Source: Macrostomum lignano (taxonomy: Eukaryota). Taken from it: a stretch of 27,692 bases of DNA. The notes beneath the pieces were generated by a model. The model ran no database searches and was not told the origin of the DNA. It worked only from the letters and a program-made list of their open reading frames with translations. The stretch covers positions 33,905 to 61,596 of the forward strand of contig NIVC01001229.1 of NCBI GenBank assembly GCA_002269645.1, read 5' to 3'. The translations under genes and the position numbers were made by a program. Below are positions 22,880 through 27,692 of the stretch, piece after piece (the stretch's first letter is position 1; each line of letters opens with the position of its first letter).

Positions 22880-23110
22880 AAATTGCAGAGACAGAGGAGA
22901 AGAAAGTGGGCGCAGGGCCAAAACCGACGTATTTATAGCACTTTAACTTAGGTCTTAGGTGGTTGAATGCTGGTAATAAAGAGAGGGGTGGAGTGCGCGA
23001 CTGGAGAGAGAGGCGAGAACGGAGAGCCAATCAGAAGGCGGCGAGGGAGAGAGAGATAAGAAGAATAACAAGATTGAACGAGACAGAGAGAGCGAAAACA
23101 GAGTAAACAG
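22880..23110. promoter_or_regulatory. GA-rich segment with a CCAAT box; candidate VPS25 promoter
   Basis: agccaatcag at 23025-23034 matches the NF-Y consensus. It is surrounded by GAGA repeats and GC-rich patches in otherwise AT-rich intergenic DNA. Confidence 0.35.
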
Positions 23111-23278
23111 AGCTAGACAAGTGAAGATGAACTAAAGAAATGGCTAGGAAAGTCGCGATATACACACAGCGGTCCTGACTGTCTAATCATCAGACGTACT
23201 CTCTTGGGGGGGGGGGGGCTAGTCGAAGCACATCCAATAAAACTTCAAAGTTTAAAGTTAATCTTCAACGCGACAAAG

Positions 23279-23905
23279 TATACTCAGCAACAGTCAAAAG
23301 TTCCACTCCACTAAGCGAGATGATTTTTTCACTTATTGCGAGTGACGCAACCTACGGCACGCGCAAAGCTTATTGCCGCTTGGGGGTGGCTTGGGTCTGC
23401 TTAATGGTCCAGGCCTGGACATTAAGCAGACCCAAGCCCAGGAACAACGCCCCGCCACACCAAGCCGATGCCGTTAGTCAACTGAAGGAACAGCTACAGC
23501 TGCGCACTCTGCGCTGGCCTTCCCGGTCCCCAGACATGGATCCCATCGAGCATGCCTGGGACATCCTAAAACGTAGCATTCGAAAAGAGAATCCACCATA
23601 GAATGTTGCGGAGAGCTCTGCGTCATGCCATTGAAAACGCTTTCGAGCAGCTCCCTCGGGACTTTCTGCGCTGCCTCATCCTTGAGATGCCCCGCAGAGT
23701 CGTCGCAACTTCTGCGTGCGAGGGGATCCCACACGCATCGCGATTCTAACTGAAATCGCACAAAATCAAAAATTTATGATTTTGTGCGATATTCAATCAA
23801 CTTTCCCTTCCTCGCGGCGGCTTAGTTGCGTAACTTGAGGATTGAATTGTGAGTGTGAAGTTTTCGCAATTTGGAGGGTGGAACTTTTGACTGTTGCTGA
23901 GTATA
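23279..23905 (+). mobile_element. Internally deleted Tc1-family transposon retaining the end of the DDE transposase
   Basis: Perfect 26-bp TIRs tactcagcaacagtcaaaagttccac (23281-23306 / 23878-23903), flanked by TA. The interior encodes NAPPH...LRWPSRSPDMDPIEHAWDILKR (Tc1 WPxxSPDxNPIE motif). After a stop and frameshifts it continues ALRHAIENAFEQLPRDFLRCLILEMPRRV/LLRARGSHT. Confidence 0.93.
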
Positions 23906-23936
23906 AATACAATAAAATCAAGTTGGTGTTGATAAA

Positions 23937-24507
23937 CTACGGACCATAGTAAGGCGGCGGAGCGCTAGCATTCAGCATTGGCGCCGCTAGCATAGGGTCG
24001 AATGCTGGCGGGCCAACCAGCTGCTGCTGCGGCTGCTGCAGCACTGGCTGCAACCGCTCCACAGGTGGTCCAGCTTTGATGCCGCGCTTTCTCATCCACT
24101 GGCAGAGCTGGTCCGGAAGCTCTTCCAGCACAGCTTTAGTCAACGCCGACTTCGACAATTCGTTAGGATTATCAGCCCGGAAAAAGTCTCTAAGCGGTAC
24201 AAACTGTACAATGTCAGCTTCGGCAATCATGCCGCCAATCTGTAGACGCTTATTATCAGCGTCTAATTCTTCCATGGCGCCGAAGTCTTCACGACCGACG
24301 CCAACTATGATGATTGACATTGGCAGTCGGCTGGCTTCGATAATGCTTAATTTAGTCTCGTAGAAATCCGTGATTATACCGTCCGTGATTATCAATAGTA
24401 CAAAGTATTGCTTGCCAGACTGGTTGGCCTGGGCCAACTGCATCACGTGACGGATTATCGGAGAGAAATTCGTGGGGCCGTACAGGGTGACGGAGCGAAG
24501 GCACGAC
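23937..24507 (-). CDS. CPNE: Copine, last exon (second half of the VWA domain + Pro-rich tail)
   Basis: Acceptor ttgacag|24507 (phase 2). Encodes [11 protein letters not shown]...[13 protein letters not shown]...[17 protein letters not shown]...M.ELDAD...DIVQFVP, which are copine signature motifs. Confidence 0.95.
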
Positions 24508-24639
24508 CTGTCAATTATTTTATTTATGGTTATGTTGATAAACATTTATTATCAAAATCGCATGTTAAGTTTAAGAAAGAAAATAGCTTTTGCAACAACC
24601 TGCGTTAAAGCAGCTGGTAGAAATGGGTTTAACATCATT

Positions 24640-25240
24640 TAATTATCTGGTAGAAGAGCCTTAGCAACCAGCTGAAGGATCTGGTGGAAAGGCCTTAGCA
24701 ACCAGCTGAAGGATCTGGTGGAAAGGCCTTAGCAACCAGCTGAAGGATCTGGTGGAAGGGCCTTAGCAACCAGCTGAAGGATCTGGTGGAAGGGCCTTAG
24801 CAAATAGCTGAAGGATCTGGTAGAAGGGCCTTAGCAACCAGCTGAAGGATCTGGTGGAAGGGCCTTAGCAACCAGCTGAAGGATCTGGTAGACGGGCCTA
24901 AGCAACCAGCTGAAGGATCTGGTGGAAGGCCCTTAGCAACCAGCTGAAGGATCTGGTGGAAGGGCCTTAGCAACCAGCTGAAGGATCTGGTAGAAAGGCC
25001 TTAGCAACCAGCTGAAGGATCTGGTGGAAGGGCCTTAGCAACCAGCTGAAGGATCTGGTGGAAGGGCCTTAGCAACTACTGAAAGGATCTGGTAGAAGGG
25101 CCTTAGCAACTACTGAAAGGATCTGATAGAAGGGCCTTAGCAACTACTGAAAGGATCTGGTAGAAGGGCCTTAGCAACCCATTAAGTGATTTGGTAGAAG
25201 GGCCTTGTCGCCTTAGCAACCAGCTAAAGGATCTCGTAGG
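24640..25240. repeat. 34-bp minisatellite, ~17 copies (ccttagcaaccagctgaaggatctggtggaaggg), inside copine intron 25345-24508
   Basis: Direct periodicity. Confidence 0.96.
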
Positions 25241-25345
25241 AAGTCTCTCAATGACTTTTAGAACCCATATACTATAAAAAGGGTCTAAATCTAGATACAT
25301 TTCGATAGAAATTGCTCAGCAACCGCTAAAAAAGATTCGCCCAAC

Positions 25346-25764
25346 CTGTAGGCCTGCAGAAGTCCAGCCAGCCCCGCACAGTAGGGGTTCGAATCGTTAA
25401 ACGTGAGCGGAAAGCAGTGGTTCACGTCGCCTCTAGGCGGAACTCTAGCACCAAATCCGAAAGACGGAAACGCCCGCCTGAAGTCGTAGTCTTGCACAAT
25501 TTCTCCAACAGAAGTGATTGCCAACTCATATTGGTTCAGCCGGCCGCTCGGATCGATGTAGTGCAGAGACTGCGGCGTTGCAGGATTACCATTCGAGGCT
25601 GTGAAATCGATGCCAACAGTGAACAGAAGCTCGCAGCCGCCTTGAATGTAATCAACAAAGCTGTCCTCAATGAGGAGCTCCAAGCGGTTGAACACTAAAT
25701 AACCGGCTGGCTTTTTGCGACGTGAGAGCAGCTGGAATCTGGCGCCAGCGCCTGAGGTGGCGCC
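25346..25764 (-). CDS. CPNE: Copine, exon spanning the end of C2B and the start of the VWA domain
   Basis: Acceptor ttttccag|25764 (phase 0), donor 25346|gttggg (phase 2). Encodes GATSGAGARFQLLSRRKKPAGYLVFNRLEL...SFVDYIQGG...GIDFTASNG.P..PQSLHYI...NQYE.AI..VGEIVQDYD....FP.FGFGA. Confidence 0.93.
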
Positions 25765-25804
25765 CTGGAAAATAGCGGACGCTAGAGTTTATCGCTATTA
25801 ATTG

Positions 25805-26300
25805 CTTCATCAGATAAGGGATTGGGATAAGGATGGATGGGATTTGAGTTTTGTAAAAATGAGGAGTCAGTATATAAAGATAAATAAGGTCAAGGATTTC
25901 AGATTGGGGATAAATGGGGATTACAGATTAGGGATAAATGGGGATTTCAGATTAAGAATAAATGGGGATTTTAGATTGGGGATACAGTGGGATTACAGAT
26001 TGAGGATAAATAGGGATTTCAGATTGGGGATAAATTGGGATGTCAGATTAAAGATAAAATGGCGATTTCAGATTGGGGGAAATTGGGGACTTCAGATCTG
26101 GGATAAAATAGGGGATCGCAGATTGGGAATAAACTGGAGAGTTCAGATTGGGGATAAATGAGGATTTCAGATTGGGGGAAATTGGGGACTTTAGATCTCG
26201 GATGATATGGGGATTTCAGATTGGGGATAAATGAGCATTTCAGATTGGGGATAAATGAGCATTTCAGATTGGGGATAAATGGCGTGATTGAGGATAAATG
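25805..26300. repeat. ~23-bp degenerate minisatellite (gggatttcagattggggataaat), inside copine intron 26419-25765
   Basis: Recurrent cagattgggga / ataaat units. Confidence 0.9.
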
Positions 26301-26419
26301 TGAAGTTAAAGCTGGAACTGAAAACATTCGAAAGACTGTGGATTTCAGTGGGAAATTATAGGTTAAATTCTGAGTGAAAGGACTTTCAATAAAAACGAAT
26401 AGAAATCTGACAGACTCAC

Positions 26420-26621
26420 TCTCGAGTTGGAATTTTCATATTCACGCAGAATGTCCGCAACGGAAGCGTAGAAAGTGCCAATATGCGAGTGCTTCATTCG
26501 CTTGTTCCAATCGATGCAGTCCCAGCGTAGTATAAGGCTCTTATTGCCGTTGCACATCTGGGATAGCTTGAGCTGGGTGGGCTGCCAAGTTGGGTTCAGG
26601 TTTTTCCGAACCACCGCCGAT
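26420..26621 (-). CDS. CPNE: Copine, C2B-domain exon (upstream exons lie beyond the right edge)
   Basis: Acceptor cctcgacag|26621 (phase 2), donor 26420|gtgagt (phase 0). Encodes SAVVRKNLNPTW...MCNG...WDCIDWNK...HSHIGTF, matching the copine C2B pattern (VIKN.LNP.W, C.D.D..G.H..IG.F). Confidence 0.9.
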
Positions 26622-26709
26622 CTGTCGAGGAATTTAAATTGAAAAAATTACTAAACACTTACCACACTACTTTAACAAACTGCATTATTGTAGCTAAACA
26701 TAAATTGGG

Positions 26710-27380
26710 AATTATCGGTGACGTAAGTTTCTAAAATAGTATGGAATTCCCTGGAAGCGAAGTAGCCAAAATTAGCATATTGGCATTCCCCAGCAAAGAT
26801 TGTATCTAAAATTAGCACGGAATTCTCTGGAAGCGAGGTTAGATAAAATTAGCGAATTTGAAAATCTCTGGTGACGTCAGTTTCTAAAAATAGCACGAAA
26901 TTCTCTGGAAGCGACAAGCGAGGTTAGATAAAATTAGCGAATTTGAAAATCTCTGGTGACGTCAGTTTCTAAAAATAGCACGAAATTCTCTGGAAGCGAC
27001 AAGCGAGGTTAGATAAAATTAGCGAATTTGAAAATCTCTGGTGACGTCAGTTTCTAAAAATAGAACGAAATTCTCTGGAAGCGAAAAGCGAGGTTAGATA
27101 AAATTAGCGAATTTGAAAATCTCTGGTGACGTCAATTTCTAAAAATAGCACGGAATTCTCTGGAAGCGAGGTTAGATAAAATTAGAGATCTGGAAAGCCT
27201 TGGTGACGCCAGTTTCTAAAAATAGCACGGAATTCTCTGGAAGCGAGGTTAGATAAAATTAGAGATCTGGAAAGCCTTGGTGACGCCAGTTTCTAAAAAT
27301 AGCACGGAATTCTCTGGAAGCGAGGTTAGATAAAATTAGCAAATTGGAAATCCCGATGACGCCAATTTCTAAAAATAGCA
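26710..27380. repeat. 78-85-bp minisatellite, ~8 copies, containing CRE palindromes, inside a copine intron
   Basis: ctctggtgacg anchors at 26866, 26951, 27036 and 27121 (period 85). Later units are 78 bp. Confidence 0.93.
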
Positions 27381-27692
27381 TCGAATTGACCTTCTCAGTG
27401 ATAATAAAAGATCGAAAATAGGACAAAGCGCCATTGAAAACAGAATAGGAATTCTCTTTAAGTGATTTCTAAGAAAAGCAACTATGTTATTCCCTGTTTT
27501 GAAGAGTAACGCGCATGCGAATGACTCACCATCTGCTTTTATTTTTAGCACAGAAAAAAGCCCGCAACTGAATCACGCGCCTCGTGGATGCCAAAACAAC
27601 CTTATTTCTTTATTAGGCCTTTGGCCTTGAATCACGCCACTCTTGCATGATTTTCAGGCCCATTTAAAGACTTCCCACGCGTGACTGAATGC

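Noticed and set aside
27520-27560. Consensus donor GTGAGT on the minus strand (~27529) as a possible upstream copine exon
   Set aside because: Joining it to acceptor 26621 gives a stop in each phase and no copine motif precedes it. The true upstream exon is probably outside the window.

Overview
Eukaryotic (metazoan) genomic DNA, not prokaryotic. Its minisatellite-packed introns and the GC-rich RTE-like LINE fragment suggest the flatworm Macrostomum lignano or a relative (inference). All recognisable genes are on the minus strand. From right to left they are: the last three coding exons of a copine (C2B + VWA; the 5' part lies beyond the window), an intronless VPS25 (ESCRT-II), a three-exon LRRC28 orthologue whose 5'-most visible exon has no ATG, and an intronless secreted protein with a PAN/apple-like and a LamG/ConA-like domain. 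Five transposon remnants are present: a 5'-truncated RTE-like LINE with an 11-bp TSD, two internally deleted Tc1/mariner/IS630 elements, a G-rich MITE with an 8-bp TSD, and an orphan hAT/Charlie-type end. About 17 distinct tandem arrays occupy roughly 40% of the window by eye and explain most ORFs in the supplied track. Possible unassigned exons lie at 4.2-8.6 kb. The best leads are: (i) LRRC28 may get its start codon from the AUG-terminated flatworm spliced leader, possibly as the downstream gene of a VPS25-LRRC28 operon; (ii) an intronic minisatellite amplifies perfect CRE sites in the Ca2+-binding copine gene; (iii) a G-quadruplex-rich MITE with an internal VNTR sits just after the LRRC28 stop; (iv) the unrecognised secreted PAN+LamG-like protein. 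No CRISPR, rRNA or tRNA was seen.
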